From the sequence record OM982647: a DNA stretch of 64,000 nucleotides; one strand, given 5' to 3'. Below are positions 23,393-32,899 of this stretch, in pieces. The position numbers and the translations under genes were made by a program. The stretch's first letter is position 1, and each line of letters opens with the position of its first letter. The stretch is from Escherichia phage ST2. The notes beneath the pieces were generated by a model. It saw nothing but the letters and a program-made list of their open reading frames with translations. It was not told the origin of the DNA and ran no database searches.

Positions 23393-26300
23393 ATGGCTAC
23401 TTTAAAACAAATACAATTTAAAAGAAGCAAAACTGCAGGAGCACGTCCTGCCGCTTCAGTATTAGCCGAAGGTGAATTGGCTATAAACTTAAAAGACCGT
23501 GTACTTTTTACTAAAGATGACCAAGGAAATATTATTGATCTGGGTTTTGCTAAAGGCGGTAGTATTGACGGGAATGTTATTCATACAGGCAATTATAACC
23601 AAACTGGCGATTATACTTTAAATGGGGTCTTCACTCAGACTGGTAATTTTAATTTAACCGGTATTGCTCGAGTAACTCGTGATATTATTGCCGCTGGGCA
23701 GATTATGACTGAAGGCGGAGAACTTATTACAAAAAGTTCGGGTACAGCGCATGTTCGTTTTTTCGATGGCAATAGTCGCGAACGTGGAATCATTTATGCC
23801 CCGGCTAATGATGGATTAACTACACAAGTACTTAATATCAGGGTTCAAGACTACGCCGCTGGTAGCGAAAGCACTTATGCATTTTCAGGCAGTGGCCTAT
23901 TTACTTCACCTGAAGTATCAGCATGGAAATCTATGTCAACTCCTCAGATTTTGACTGACAAAGTCATTACAGACGGGAAGAAGACAGGCGATTATGATAT
24001 CTATTCATTATCAAATAACACTCCAATGGCAGAAGGCGAAACGGCTATTAACCACCTCCGTGTTATGCGAAATGCTGTAGGAGCAGGTATTTTCCACGAA
24101 GTTAATGTTAATGACGGAATAACCTGGTATTCCGGAGATGGACTTGACACTTATCTTTGGTCGTTTAACTGGGCCGGTGGATTGAAAGCCGGTCATTCTA
24201 TTTCTGTAGGTCTTCCAGGCGGCCCCAAAGGATATTCTGAATTAGGAACGGCCTCAATTGTTCTTGGGGATAATGATACCGGGCTAAAATGGCATCAGGA
24301 CGGATATTTCTATACAGTAAACAACGGAACAAAAACTTTCATCTATGGTCCAGGAGAAACGCAAAGCCTTAGAAAAATGGTTATGGCTTATTCTCCAGAT
24401 GGGCTTCTTATGACAACGCCGCCGACAGAAAACTATGCTTTGGCTACTGTTGTTACTTACCATGATAATAATGCGTATGGTGACGGTCAAACTCTTTTAG
24501 GATATTATCAAGGTGGTAATTATCATCATTATTTCCGCGGCAAGGGTACCACAAACATTAATACTCATGGCGGTTTGTTAGTTACTCCAGGTAATATTGA
24601 TGTTATTGGCGGTTCTGTTAATATAGATGGTAGAAATAATTCTTCTACACTAATGTTTAGAGGCAACACAACAGGATACAGCTCGGTTGATAATATGGAT
24701 ATTAAAGTTTGGGGTAATACGTTTGTTGATCCAAGCGGAGGTATCCGTAAAAACATTATGGAAATTTCTGATGCAACTAGCTGGATGAGCTATATTCAAA
24801 GACTTACTACTGGCGAAGTAGAAATGAACGTTAATGGTTCATTTGAATCATCTGGTGTTACTGCTGGAGATAGAGGAGTTCACACAACAGGTGAAATTTC
24901 ATCTGGAGCAGTGAATGCTCTTCGTATTTGGAACGCAGATTATGGAGCCATTTTTAGACGTTCAGAAGGAAGTCTTCATATTATTCCAACTGCTTATGGC
25001 GAAGGCAAAGATGGCGATATCGGTCCACTTCGCCCGTTTAGTATGGCTTTAGATACCGGTAAAGTTACTATTCCAGATTTACAATCAAGTTACAATACGT
25101 TCGCTGCGAACGGCTATATTAAATTTGTTGGCCATGGTGCAGGCGCAGGTGGATATGATATTCAATATGCCCAAGCGGCTCCTATTTTCCAAGAAATTGA
25201 TGATGCTGAGGTAAGCAAATATTATCCTATTGTTAAGCAGAAATTTTTACAAGGAAAAGCAGTTTGGTCTTTAGGTACTGAAATTAATTCAGGTACATTC
25301 GTGATACACCATATCAAAGAAGACGGGACTCAAGCTCATACATCAAGATTTAATGCTGACGGTACAGTTAATTTCCCTGATAATGTTCAGGTTGGTGGCG
25401 GTGAAGCTACTATTGCTCGAAATGGTAATATCTTCTCCAACATTTGGAACGTATTTACCTCTGCTGGTGATATAACCAACATTCATGATGCCATTGCCTC
25501 CCGTGTGGCTAAAGAAGGCGACACGATGACAGGTAAGTTGAGTATTAATGCCCCAGACGATGCTTTAGTATTAAATGCTCCTAGTGCAACTAACTCATCT
25601 CATATTCGTTCGACTGTCGCTGGAGCAAATAGCTGGTTCATAGGTAAAGGTGGAGTGTCAGACACCGTATCTTTTTATAACTATAAGTCCCAGACAGGTA
25701 TAGATATATCAGCAGAAGGTAATATTTCATTTAACCCACAATCGGGTAACCTGGTCAGCATGAGCCAGAACCGTATGTATGTTAACGGCGAAAGATGGGT
25801 GGCCACAAACCAAGGTGCAATTAATGTGCAATACGGCGTTGAAGCTCCAGTATTTGTTAACTTAGGCGAGTTAAATGGTAACGTATACTATCCATTGATA
25901 AAGGGTCGAAGCTCTTCCACCGGATATGGTTACCTAAGTAGTGTTGAGCTTGGCCAATTACGTACAGGTGACAATAACTGGGGTATTGGTTGTATAATTG
26001 TTCGCTCGGCTGAAAATACACCAGAACAAGGACATCCGGCAGCAGTATACCAGTTTGACGCTAGAGGTAACTTTAGTGCTCCAGCCGGGGTTTATTCGAA
26101 CGTTAATATGGGCATTGGCACTATTCCTGTATGGGGTGGTCCATCTCTTGCAATCGGCGACAATGATACTGGATTTGTATGGGAAGCAGACGGTATTTTC
26201 AACGCATATGCAAACGGCCAAGGTGTGTTTAGTTTTAGACCTGGTTTAGCTCAGACATTCGGTAATGTTAACTTCCACTGTAATGCAGGTATGTATGTTC

Positions 26301-26656
26301 GTGATAACATTGATGTTAACGACGTTTATATTCGTTCTGATATTCGTTGTAAGTCGGAAATTAAGCTTATTAAGAACGCTCAAGAGAAATCTAAACTATT
26401 GGGCGGTTATACTTATCTGCTTAAAAACTCTGTTACAGACGAAGTTAAACCGTCCGCAGGTTTAATTGCTCAGGAAGTTCAAGAAGTATTACCTGAACTT
26501 GTTTCTGAAGATAAAGAGACCGGACTGCTTCGTTTGAACTATAACGGTATTATTGGTTTAAATACAGCTGCAATAAACGAGCATACAGATGAAATCAAGG
26601 AATTGAAATCTGAAATTACCGAATTGAAAGCATTAATTAAATCATTGATAAAATAA
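23393..26656 (+). CDS. 37: long tail fibre distal subunit gp37 with C-terminal intramolecular chaperone (S74-like) domain
   Basis: 1087 aa; N-terminal MATLKQIQFKRSKTAGARPAASVLAEGELAINLKD...; last ~115 aa carry the autoproteolytic chaperone signature (SDIRCKSEIK ... GGYTYLLK ... GLIAQEVQEVLPELV ... LRLNYNGIIGL). Confidence 0.9.
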   Translation: MATLKQIQFKRSKTAGARPAASVLAEGELAINLKDRVLFTKDDQGNIIDLGFAKGGSIDGNVIHTGNYNQTGDYTLNGVFTQTGNFNLTGIARVTRDIIAAGQIMTEGGELITKSSGTAHVRFFDGNSRERGIIYAPANDGLTTQVLNIRVQDYAAGSESTYAFSGSGLFTSPEVSAWKSMSTPQILTDKVITDGKKTGDYDIYSLSNNTPMAEGETAINHLRVMRNAVGAGIFHEVNVNDGITWYSGDGLDTYLWSFNWAGGLKAGHSISVGLPGGPKGYSELGTASIVLGDNDTGLKWHQDGYFYTVNNGTKTFIYGPGETQSLRKMVMAYSPDGLLMTTPPTENYALATVVTYHDNNAYGDGQTLLGYYQGGNYHHYFRGKGTTNINTHGGLLVTPGNIDVIGGSVNIDGRNNSSTLMFRGNTTGYSSVDNMDIKVWGNTFVDPSGGIRKNIMEISDATSWMSYIQRLTTGEVEMNVNGSFESSGVTAGDRGVHTTGEISSGAVNALRIWNADYGAIFRRSEGSLHIIPTAYGEGKDGDIGPLRPFSMALDTGKVTIPDLQSSYNTFAANGYIKFVGHGAGAGGYDIQYAQAAPIFQEIDDAEVSKYYPIVKQKFLQGKAVWSLGTEINSGTFVIHHIKEDGTQAHTSRFNADGTVNFPDNVQVGGGEATIARNGNIFSNIWNVFTSAGDITNIHDAIASRVAKEGDTMTGKLSINAPDDALVLNAPSATNSSHIRSTVAGANSWFIGKGGVSDTVSFYNYKSQTGIDISAEGNISFNPQSGNLVSMSQNRMYVNGERWVATNQGAINVQYGVEAPVFVNLGELNGNVYYPLIKGRSSSTGYGYLSSVELGQLRTGDNNWGIGCIIVRSAENTPEQGHPAAVYQFDARGNFSAPAGVYSNVNMGIGTIPVWGGPSLAIGDNDTGFVWEADGIFNAYANGQGVFSFRPGLAQTFGNVNFHCNAGMYVRDNIDVNDVYIRSDIRCKSEIKLIKNAQEKSKLLGGYTYLLKNSVTDEVKPSAGLIAQEVQEVLPELVSEDKETGLLRLNYNGIIGLNTAAINEHTDEIKELKSEITELKALIKSLIK

Positions 26657-26661
26657 TAAAA

Positions 26662-26675
26662 GGGCCTTCGGGCCC
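26662..26675 (+). other. GC hairpin GGGCCttcgGGCCC between genes 37 and 38 (no T-tract; overlaps gene 38 ribosome-binding site)
   Basis: perfect 5-bp stem with tetraloop immediately before TGGAGG ribosome-binding site. Confidence 0.4.
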
Positions 26676-26686
26676 TGGAGGTTTAT

Positions 26687-27466
26687 ATGGCAGTAGTAGG
26701 AATCCCTGGTTGGATTGGGACCTCAGCCGTTGCTGAAACGGGTCAAAGATGGATGACGGCTGCTTCAAGGGAACTTCGTTTAGGAAACCCTTCATGGATG
26801 TCCCAATTCGCGGGCCGTTCAAGAGAAATAATTCATACACTTGGTGCAGACCATAACTTTAACGGACAATGGTTCCGAGATAGATGTTTTGAGGCAGGTA
26901 GTACACCTATAGTGTTTAATATCACTGGAGATTTAGTATCATATTCTAAAGATGTTCCTTTATTCTTCATGTACGGAGATACACCGAATGAATATGTTCA
27001 GTTGAATATACACGGCGTAACGATGTATGGACGTGGGGGTAATGGCGGTAGCAATAGTCCTGGCTCAGCTGGAGGTCATTGTATTCAAAACGATATTGGT
27101 GGGAGACTAAGAATTAATAATGGTGGAGCTATTGCAGGCGGCGGTGGCGGCGGTGGCGGCGGTATATATGGCAGACTATCATTTGGTGGTGGCGGTGGTC
27201 GTCCATTTGGTGCTGGTGGGTCTTCCTCTCATATGGGTGCTGGTGCAACCGCTGGCACCATTTCCGCTCCGGGTGCAGGATCTGTCGGTGAGGGGTCTCT
27301 TTGGGTATATACAGGCGGGAATGGCGGCGAAGTTGGCTCTGCAGGAGGAAGATGTAATATTCATGGTAACGGCACAGAATATAACGGCGGCGGTGCTGGT
27401 TATGCTGTTATAGGGTCTGCTCCAACGTGGATAAATGTTGGAGCAATATATGGTCCAAGAGTATAA
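26687..27466 (+). CDS. 38: gp38 receptor-recognising adhesin (T2-type, glycine-rich motifs flanking variable segments)
   Basis: 259 aa; conserved N-terminal gp37-binding region then multiple Gly islands ([61 protein letters not shown]). Confidence 0.85.
   Translation: MAVVGIPGWIGTSAVAETGQRWMTAASRELRLGNPSWMSQFAGRSREIIHTLGADHNFNGQWFRDRCFEAGSTPIVFNITGDLVSYSKDVPLFFMYGDTPNEYVQLNIHGVTMYGRGGNGGSNSPGSAGGHCIQNDIGGRLRINNGGAIAGGGGGGGGGIYGRLSFGGGGGRPFGAGGSSSHMGAGATAGTISAPGAGSVGEGSLWVYTGGNGGEVGSAGGRCNIHGNGTEYNGGGAGYAVIGSAPTWINVGAIYGPRV
27137..27163 (+). repeat. (GGC/GGT)9 simple codon repeat encoding poly-Gly in gene 38
   Basis: ggcggcggtggcggcggtggcggcggt seen directly. Confidence 0.8.
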
Positions 27467-27496
27467 TTTGAATAAATATCCTTAAAAGGAGGTATT

Positions 27497-28156
27497 ATGG
27501 CAACACCAAAAGTGTCATTTTCGCCTAGTGATATTCTATTTGGGTTGCTAGATCGTATTTTCAAAGATAACGCTACTGGAAAGGTTTTAATGTCTCGAGT
27601 AGCGGTAATTATTCTTTTGTTCCTAATGGCACTAATATGGTACAAAGGAAGTATTTTGCTGGATTATTATGTAAGAGCTAAGTATGATACTTATACTGAA
27701 ATAATCCAAAAAGAACGAGCTTTACGTTTTGAATCTGCGGCTCTAGAACAACTGCAAATAGTTCATATCTCATCTGGTGCAGATTTTAGTGCTGTGTATT
27801 CTTTCAGACCTAAAAACTTAAATTATTTCGTCGACCTTATAGCTTATGAAGGCAAACTACCTAGCACAATTTCTGAAAAGTCCCTTGGCGGATTCCCGGT
27901 GGATAAAACGGCTAATGAATATATAATTCATTTAAGTGGCCGTCATTTCTCATCTAAATCAGAATTTGCATTTTTGCCTACAAAATCTAAGACCGCCGAA
28001 CTTTCTTATATGTATAGTTGCCCATACTTTAATTTGGATAACATCTACGCTGGAACTGTGACGATGTATTGGTATAAGGGGAATAATATACTTGAGGAGG
28101 AACGCTTAGCGGCTATATGCAACCAAGCGGTCCGAATACTAGGAAGGGCTAAATAA
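27497..28156 (+). CDS. t: holin T
   Basis: 219 aa; single TM (VAVIILLFLMALIWY) and large periplasmic domain; strong match to recalled T4 T (218 aa). Confidence 0.9.
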   Translation: MATPKVSFSPSDILFGLLDRIFKDNATGKVLMSRVAVIILLFLMALIWYKGSILLDYYVRAKYDTYTEIIQKERALRFESAALEQLQIVHISSGADFSAVYSFRPKNLNYFVDLIAYEGKLPSTISEKSLGGFPVDKTANEYIIHLSGRHFSSKSEFAFLPTKSKTAELSYMYSCPYFNLDNIYAGTVTMYWYKGNNILEEERLAAICNQAVRILGRAK

Positions 28157-28429
28157 TTAGTTGTTAGAATACATCGCTAAATGACGATAAATATTTTCAA
28201 AACCTTCATTGAATTCACTAATCAGTGTTTTCTTTTCTTCGGCAGTTAAATTTGTAATTAGTTTTCTGAACGAATTCTGATTTAGCTGCCGACCATCTTT
28301 TTTAATTCCAATCTCATTCAAGAATCCGATGAAACTTGCTCGGTCTTCAACAATATCTTCCCTAGAGAATTTAATCAAAATAGAAGCAATAGTAATAATT
28401 TCACGTACGATTTCAATGTCTTTATTCAT
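28157..28429 (-). CDS. asiA: anti-sigma70 factor AsiA
   Basis: 90 aa; MNKDIEIVREIITIASILIKFSREDIVE... matches recalled T4 AsiA. Confidence 0.9.
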   Translation of the reverse strand: MNKDIEIVREIITIASILIKFSREDIVEDRASFIGFLNEIGIKKDGRQLNQNSFRKLITNLTAEEKKTLISEFNEGFENIYRHLAMYSNN

Positions 28430-28457
28430 AACGTTTTATTCATTCCACTTAGTTGAT

Positions 28458-28495
28458 ATGGATATAGTACCATTATCAGTGTTGATTGTAAACAG
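28458..28495 (-). promoter_or_regulatory. early promoter (GTTTAC-N17-TACTATA) upstream of asiA
   Basis: motif on minus strand about 30 nt upstream of asiA ATG. Confidence 0.45.
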
Positions 28496-28637
28496 CTTTT
28501 TCTACGCTTTTAACGTAATTGGTATAGTCTTCCTGTTCATACGAGTGTAAGGCCAAGAATGTGGCTAATAGTTCATTATAAACTAAAGCCTCACGCTCAC
28601 GTTCGGCCTCTACTACGTTCTGAAGATTATGACTCAT
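28476..28637 (-). CDS. hypothetical small protein
   Basis: track ORF 28476..28691 trimmed to internal Met with AAGGAA ribosome-binding site, avoiding a 65-nt overlap. Confidence 0.35.
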   Translation of the reverse strand: MSHNLQNVVEAEREREALVYNELLATFLALHSYEQEDYTNYVKSVEKAVYNQH

Positions 28638-28926
28638 ATCGTTCCTTATAACTATCAATGTAGTCCTGTATGTCAAAGAATGACATTTCATATTCTAGGA
28701 CATTAAGAGCCTGTTCTTCAGTGTAGTCAGAACCAAATACGATAGTGATTTCACCTGGTTTAGAATGACTGAAATCAACACTAAACTCAATTCGAGAGCA
28801 GACTTCATCTTCCATATCTATGACAACACTACGATACACTTCTCGGTTAACCTGATAAAGCTCTGCAAGTTCTTCACATTGAATAACAAGTTCAGTGGCA
28901 GGATTTTCTTTGATTTTAGTAAGCAT
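28627..28926 (-). CDS. hypothetical acidic protein
   Basis: track ORF 28627..29013 trimmed to Met with AAGGG ribosome-binding site (about 99 aa). Confidence 0.4.
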   Translation of the reverse strand: MLTKIKENPATELVIQCEELAELYQVNREVYRSVVIDMEDEVCSRIEFSVDFSHSKPGEITIVFGSDYTEEQALNVLEYEMSFFDIQDYIDSYKERYES

Positions 28927-29009
28927 AGTCTTTACCCTTATGTTTTTGTTTGCGTTTAGATTGAAGTTCTGATTTCTTTTTGTCCTTATGGACGGAAGCC
29001 TTATTGAAA

Positions 29010-29228
29010 TCATGTTTTGCTACAAGATTGTTCATAATGATTTATAACCTCATTTAAACATTTATCGGTAAAAGAAAACTTTTTAGCCACAGAACATTCG
29101 ATAATGTGCTCTTTCAAATCTTTAGAGTCGGTATAACCCATCTCAGTAATAAAGTGGCGAATTAAAGCTTTATTCTTATCATTAACAGAATTAAAATAAT
29201 CTGCTTTAGAATCAATTATTCTCATCAT
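29010..29228 (-). CDS. hypothetical protein
   Basis: 72-aa ORF. Confidence 0.4.
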   Translation of the reverse strand: MMRIIDSKADYFNSVNDKNKALIRHFITEMGYTDSKDLKEHIIECSVAKKFSFTDKCLNEVINHYEQSCSKT

Positions 29229-29493
29229 CTAATTTCCTTAATTGATATTGCAACGAGCTAATAATTTCTTCATTCATTTTAATATACATGTCGCGCAAGA
29301 AAGGTTTTAACCCATCACGAATAATTGCTAACGTATCACCTTTACATAGATTGACCAAATAAGGATGATCTAAAGCATCCCAACCAGGCTGATTAGCATA
29401 CATACCATAGTTTTCTTCCATCATATGATTAAGGCGTTTGATATCTTGGATACGTGATTCAATAGCATCTTTCTGGAGTTGTTTAATATTCAT
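29212..29493 (-). CDS. hypothetical protein
   Basis: 93-aa ORF in the asiA-motA interval (T4 arn/arn.x region). Confidence 0.4.
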   Translation of the reverse strand: MNIKQLQKDAIESRIQDIKRLNHMMEENYGMYANQPGWDALDHPYLVNLCKGDTLAIIRDGLKPFLRDMYIKMNEEIISSLQYQLRKLDDENN

Positions 29494-29954
29494 TAATAAA
29501 GGTCCTCTGAATAAAGTTCTTTCTCACTTCCGCCACGTTCAATACGTACCTGTCCAGCATATGTTGCAATAATCATTGCTTCTTCACGAGTCCAGTAATT
29601 AGAGTATTGGTCGATAAAGCCTTGGTCGTCACCACAAACCTGTTGCGAGACTAATTGAGGACCAACTATATCAAGTACTTCAGCCATATCTTTAGAGTAA
29701 TGACGAACTCCAGGAATAACCAGAGTTCCACCGCTCTTCAATTTAAACCTATTAGCTGCACATACTATAACACGTTGAACTTTTTGGTCATTATTCCAAT
29801 AGCACGTTTGCCAACAGATTTCAGGAACTTCATTCGTTACATCATCAGCAGAATAATTATAACCGTAGGACTGGAATTTTTCTGCTAGACTTTCAGGAGT
29901 CTCACGAGACAAGGCCAGATCTAATAGCTCTAAACGTTCTTTAAATGATTTCAT
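29493..29954 (-). CDS. hypothetical protein
   Basis: 153-aa ORF. Confidence 0.45.
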   Translation of the reverse strand: MKSFKERLELLDLALSRETPESLAEKFQSYGYNYSADDVTNEVPEICWQTCYWNNDQKVQRVIVCAANRFKLKSGGTLVIPGVRHYSKDMAEVLDIVGPQLVSQQVCGDDQGFIDQYSNYWTREEAMIIATYAGQVRIERGGSEKELYSEDLY

Positions 29955-30280
29955 TTAAACCATTCCTTAATACGTTGCCAAATAGATTTTTGTGCTTGTT
30001 TATTTACACCAATCGAACGAATAACCGGTTGTGACTGCTGATATTCTTTATAATCTTCTTTATAGATTTCGTAAGCTACATCAACAAATGAACTGATCGC
30101 TGCCATGTAGTTTTTACGAAGGCCAAATGGCGCGTCATTATTTTCACGAATAACCGTATATTGACCTGCTTTAATCTTTACAATTGTCCCTAAATAAGCC
30201 CCGTGGTACCAAATATCCCATCCTTCCTGAGTAGGTTCTGCACATTTACGAAGTTCGTTAATAATATTCAGCTTATTCAT
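29951..30280 (-). CDS. hypothetical protein
   Basis: 109-aa ORF. Confidence 0.45.
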   Translation of the reverse strand: MNKLNIINELRKCAEPTQEGWDIWYHGAYLGTIVKIKAGQYTVIRENNDAPFGLRKNYMAAISSFVDVAYEIYKEDYKEYQQSQPVIRSIGVNKQAQKSIWQRIKEWFK

Positions 30281-30290
30281 TATGTATTCC

Positions 30291-30923
30291 TCACAGTACG
30301 TTAGTTACAAGGGTAATGATTTCTTTGGACACATTAGGGAAGTCAATGTAAGTATATTTACCACCGATCTTAATCTTAACATCATTTTCAAGAGAAGTAA
30401 ACAGCTTTGATTCAGTTTCTGACATGTTGTATGCAAAGATTCTAAGAGAACCATCTCGACGAATTTCGATCTGACGAATACCTAGAACTCGTTTTGCAAA
30501 TCGAACTTCTAAGTTACTACGGTTTTCGCCAATTTCTTTAACTTCAACTTTATCTTTAATATTTTCAAAAACAAAGTTTGCTAATTCATGCATTTCAGGA
30601 GTAACTCCACGTGCTTTTCTAGTGTTACGTTTCTGAAGAAGTTCTGGAGCATTTTCTTGGGCAAAGAGGTCTGCAGCTTTTTGGATAATATCCATTGCTT
30701 CGCCTGTTGCTACAAGTCCATCACCGGATTTTTCGACTAAACCTTTCTTAATCAATACACCAATGTTAGAGTTAACAACCGATGCATTGTATTCCGCTTC
30801 TAGAGCTTCACGGACATTGGCAGCAGTGGTGAAGTTGTTCTTAATGATATAAACCATTATTGCAGCAGTTTTTTCATTCAGAGCGTTTTCAGAAGCTTTG
30901 ATGATGTAAGTAACTTTAGACAT
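30291..30923 (-). CDS. motA: middle-promoter transcription activator MotA
   Basis: 210 aa; MSKVTYIIKAS...NSNIGVLIKKGLVEKSGDGL... matches recalled T4 MotA (211 aa). Confidence 0.9.
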   Translation of the reverse strand: MSKVTYIIKASENALNEKTAAIMVYIIKNNFTTAANVREALEAEYNASVVNSNIGVLIKKGLVEKSGDGLVATGEAMDIIQKAADLFAQENAPELLQKRNTRKARGVTPEMHELANFVFENIKDKVEVKEIGENRSNLEVRFAKRVLGIRQIEIRRDGSLRIFAYNMSETESKLFTSLENDVKIKIGGKYTYIDFPNVSKEIITLVTNVL

Positions 30924-30983
30924 TTTATTTCTCCAAATTAGTATTTGTTTTGATAGGTCTATAATATCATGTTTGAAGCAAAA
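30918..30983. repeat. 66-bp direct repeat copy 1 (promoter + leader + ribosome-binding site + ATG TCT AAA of motA)
   Basis: identical string tttagacattttatttctccaaattagtatttgttttgataggtctataatatcatgtttgaagca occurs again at about 31237..31302. Confidence 0.85.
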
Positions 30984-30992
30984 GTAAACTTT
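30955..30992 (-). promoter_or_regulatory. early promoter GTTTAC-N17-TATTAT upstream of motA
   Basis: read on minus strand inside repeat copy 1. Confidence 0.5.
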
Positions 30993-31026
30993 ATTTTGGG
31001 CTCTTTTTCAAAAGCCCTGGTAAAAT

Positions 31027-31242
31027 TTACAAACTCATTTCTTTAATAAGGCTAATAAGTTTTGCCTTTTTAGAACGAAGCTTTTCTAAATGATGACCAT
31101 TCGAACCGCGAACCACTAAAGAATTGATTTCAACTTCTAAGAAATTTAATTCTTCAACAAGTGCTTTACGGAGAGCATTCATACCAGGTTTGACTTTACC
31201 GAAACGAGTAGTTGTGTTTTGGGTTAATTTCATTTTAGACAT
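31027..31242 (-). CDS. hypothetical protein sharing the first three codons (MSK) and leader with motA
   Basis: track ORF 31027..31332 trimmed to the Met lying in the duplicated leader (MSKMKLTQN..., 71 aa). Confidence 0.45.
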   Translation of the reverse strand: MSKMKLTQNTTTRFGKVKPGMNALRKALVEELNFLEVEINSLVVRGSNGHHLEKLRSKKAKLISLIKEMSL

Positions 31243-31302
31243 TTTATTTCTCCAAATTAGTATTTGTTTTGATAGGTCTATAATATCATGTTTGAAGCAC
31301 AT
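31237..31302. repeat. 66-bp direct repeat copy 2
   Basis: see copy 1. Confidence 0.85.
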
Positions 31303-31310
31303 GTAAACTG
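31276..31310 (-). promoter_or_regulatory. early promoter GTTTAC-N17-TATTAT (duplicate)
   Basis: inside repeat copy 2. Confidence 0.5.
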
Positions 31311-31334
31311 TTTTGTGAGAAAAAATGCACAAAA

Positions 31335-31350
31335 GGGAGCCGAAGCTCCC
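31335..31350 (-). terminator. terminator hairpin GGGAGCttcgGCTCCC + U-run downstream of gene 52
   Basis: perfect stem with tetraloop, T-run follows on minus strand. Confidence 0.5.
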
Positions 31351-31426
31351 TAATCATGTTTGTCCAACCAATACAGCCAAATCACTAGTGCAGCTATTGC
31401 ACCGAGAAATCCTAAGGCTAGGGCAC

Positions 31427-32752
31427 TCAAAGTGCCTCCAAGTCTTTAGTGTACTCTGTCACAACATCAGTAGACTTCCAATACTCATTTTCTTCTTTCT
31501 TAGCTTTAGCTTCTTCTGCTAGTTTACGTGCTTCGTCGGAAGTGATATGGAAGATGTTAAGACCTACCAGTTTATCGACATGTTCTTTATACATTTCGAT
31601 TTGTGCTAGCTCTTCAGTCAAAGCTTTACGAGTCTTGCCCTGAATCACAATTTCGCCACTGATAACTTTTTTGATGAAGTGTGCCTTAGCAAAAGCAAGT
31701 TTAAATGCTTTTTCAGATTCAAGGATTTTGTTATCAATACGTTTCTGAACGTAAGTCTTACGGACTTCAACAAAATCTTTGATTAAGTCCACTACGTTAT
31801 CGTAGACCGCTAATTTACCCTTTTCATTAATCACTGTGATGTTTTGTGAACGACGTTCGATGAGACTAAAATCTTTCATGATTTTTTCATGACGTAGCTC
31901 TTCATCATCAGGAAGCGAGTACTCTTTACGGAACTTCACCTTAAACCCAAAGCCATGTTCACCACAATCATCTTCCCATGAGATTAGACCTTTGTCTTCC
32001 AACGGGTCAAGAACCTTACTCACATACGTTTCACGGTCGAATTTATATGGGATTTCAGTTATCTGCATTTGAGTGCGAGATGTGAACTTATATGTTCCGT
32101 GAATCTCATAACGCCCATCAACTTCATGTACTTCACCACGGAATTCTGGGAATTCAACTTTTGGCTTAGTGACATTTTTACCTTGAAGAGCTTGTAATAC
32201 GGCCTTTTTGACTGATTTAAAACTATGAGGCAGAATATTTGTTGCGTAACCGGTTGCAATACCAGAGACGCCATTCAAAAGAACTGTCGGAATAATAGGA
32301 AGATAGAATTTTGGTGGAATATGTTCTTTATCTTCATGAGCTGGAGCATATTCAGTATCTTTATATACGTTATAGAAATTTTTACTTACACGAGCAAAAA
32401 TATAACGAGATGCTGCAGCTTTTTGGACTGTTCGAGAACCAAAGTTGCCTTGGCCATCTAACAGTGGATAGTTGTTGTTCCATGTGTTAGCCATCAATGC
32501 ACCTGCATCTTGTGCAGAAGATTCACCATGGTGATAACCTAAATCTGCAACACCTCCTGCAATTGACGCAAGTTTATGAAATTTTTCTTTATTACCACGA
32601 GCCAAATCTAACGCACGATGAACCACAAAACGTTGAACCGGCTTAAATCCATCAATCATGTTTGGGATTGCACGGTTTTCAACGGTGTACATCGCATATG
32701 CTAAGGCTTCGTTATCAATAATACTTTTTAGATTACGAGAATTCAATTGCAT
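31427..32752 (-). CDS. 52: DNA topoisomerase II medium subunit gp52 (GyrA-like)
   Basis: 441 aa; MQLNSRNLKSIIDNEALAYAMYTVENRAIPNMIDGFKPVQRF... matches recalled T4 gp52 (442 aa). Confidence 0.95.
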   Translation of the reverse strand: MQLNSRNLKSIIDNEALAYAMYTVENRAIPNMIDGFKPVQRFVVHRALDLARGNKEKFHKLASIAGGVADLGYHHGESSAQDAGALMANTWNNNYPLLDGQGNFGSRTVQKAAASRYIFARVSKNFYNVYKDTEYAPAHEDKEHIPPKFYLPIIPTVLLNGVSGIATGYATNILPHSFKSVKKAVLQALQGKNVTKPKVEFPEFRGEVHEVDGRYEIHGTYKFTSRTQMQITEIPYKFDRETYVSKVLDPLEDKGLISWEDDCGEHGFGFKVKFRKEYSLPDDEELRHEKIMKDFSLIERRSQNITVINEKGKLAVYDNVVDLIKDFVEVRKTYVQKRIDNKILESEKAFKLAFAKAHFIKKVISGEIVIQGKTRKALTEELAQIEMYKEHVDKLVGLNIFHITSDEARKLAEEAKAKKEENEYWKSTDVVTEYTKDLEAL

Positions 32753-32760
32753 ATTTTCAC

Positions 32761-32897
32761 CATATTAATGAACGAATAACCATTATAACATCTGAAATGA
32801 AAAGCACTACTTGGATTAGTCCAAACATCACACCGTAGTACAGAACCGTAAGCAACAACAAGAGCCCGAAGGCTCCTGCTAAGATTTTCTTAATCAT
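32761..32897 (-). CDS. small hydrophobic membrane peptide (about 46 aa; ac/52.1-like position)
   Basis: ORF below the 60-aa track cutoff, MIKKILAGAFGLLLLLTVLYYGVMFGLIQVV...; stop adjoins the gene 52 start. Confidence 0.35.
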
Positions 32898-32899
32898 TA

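Noticed and set aside
19124-26221. Minus-strand ORFs inside tail-fibre genes 34 and 37 (19124..19366, 19754..19954, 21044..21244, 24011..24196, 24284..24490, 24565..24756, 25958..26221)
   Set aside because: Embedded antisense in long, well-supported plus-strand structural genes; Cys/Ser-rich translations typical of antisense reading of Gly/Thr-rich fibre sequence.
27137-27400. Possible CRISPR-like or tandem repeat array in the G-rich region
   Set aside because: Repeats are irregular GGN codon runs within a coding sequence, with no conserved repeat-spacer periodicity; no CRISPR array anywhere in the window.
27120-27413. Alternative-frame ORFs across the glycine-codon-rich part of gene 38 (27120..27413 plus, 27179..27364 minus)
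   Set aside because: Artefacts of the GGN-rich sequence, which is open in several frames; the gp38 frame has the conserved N-terminus.
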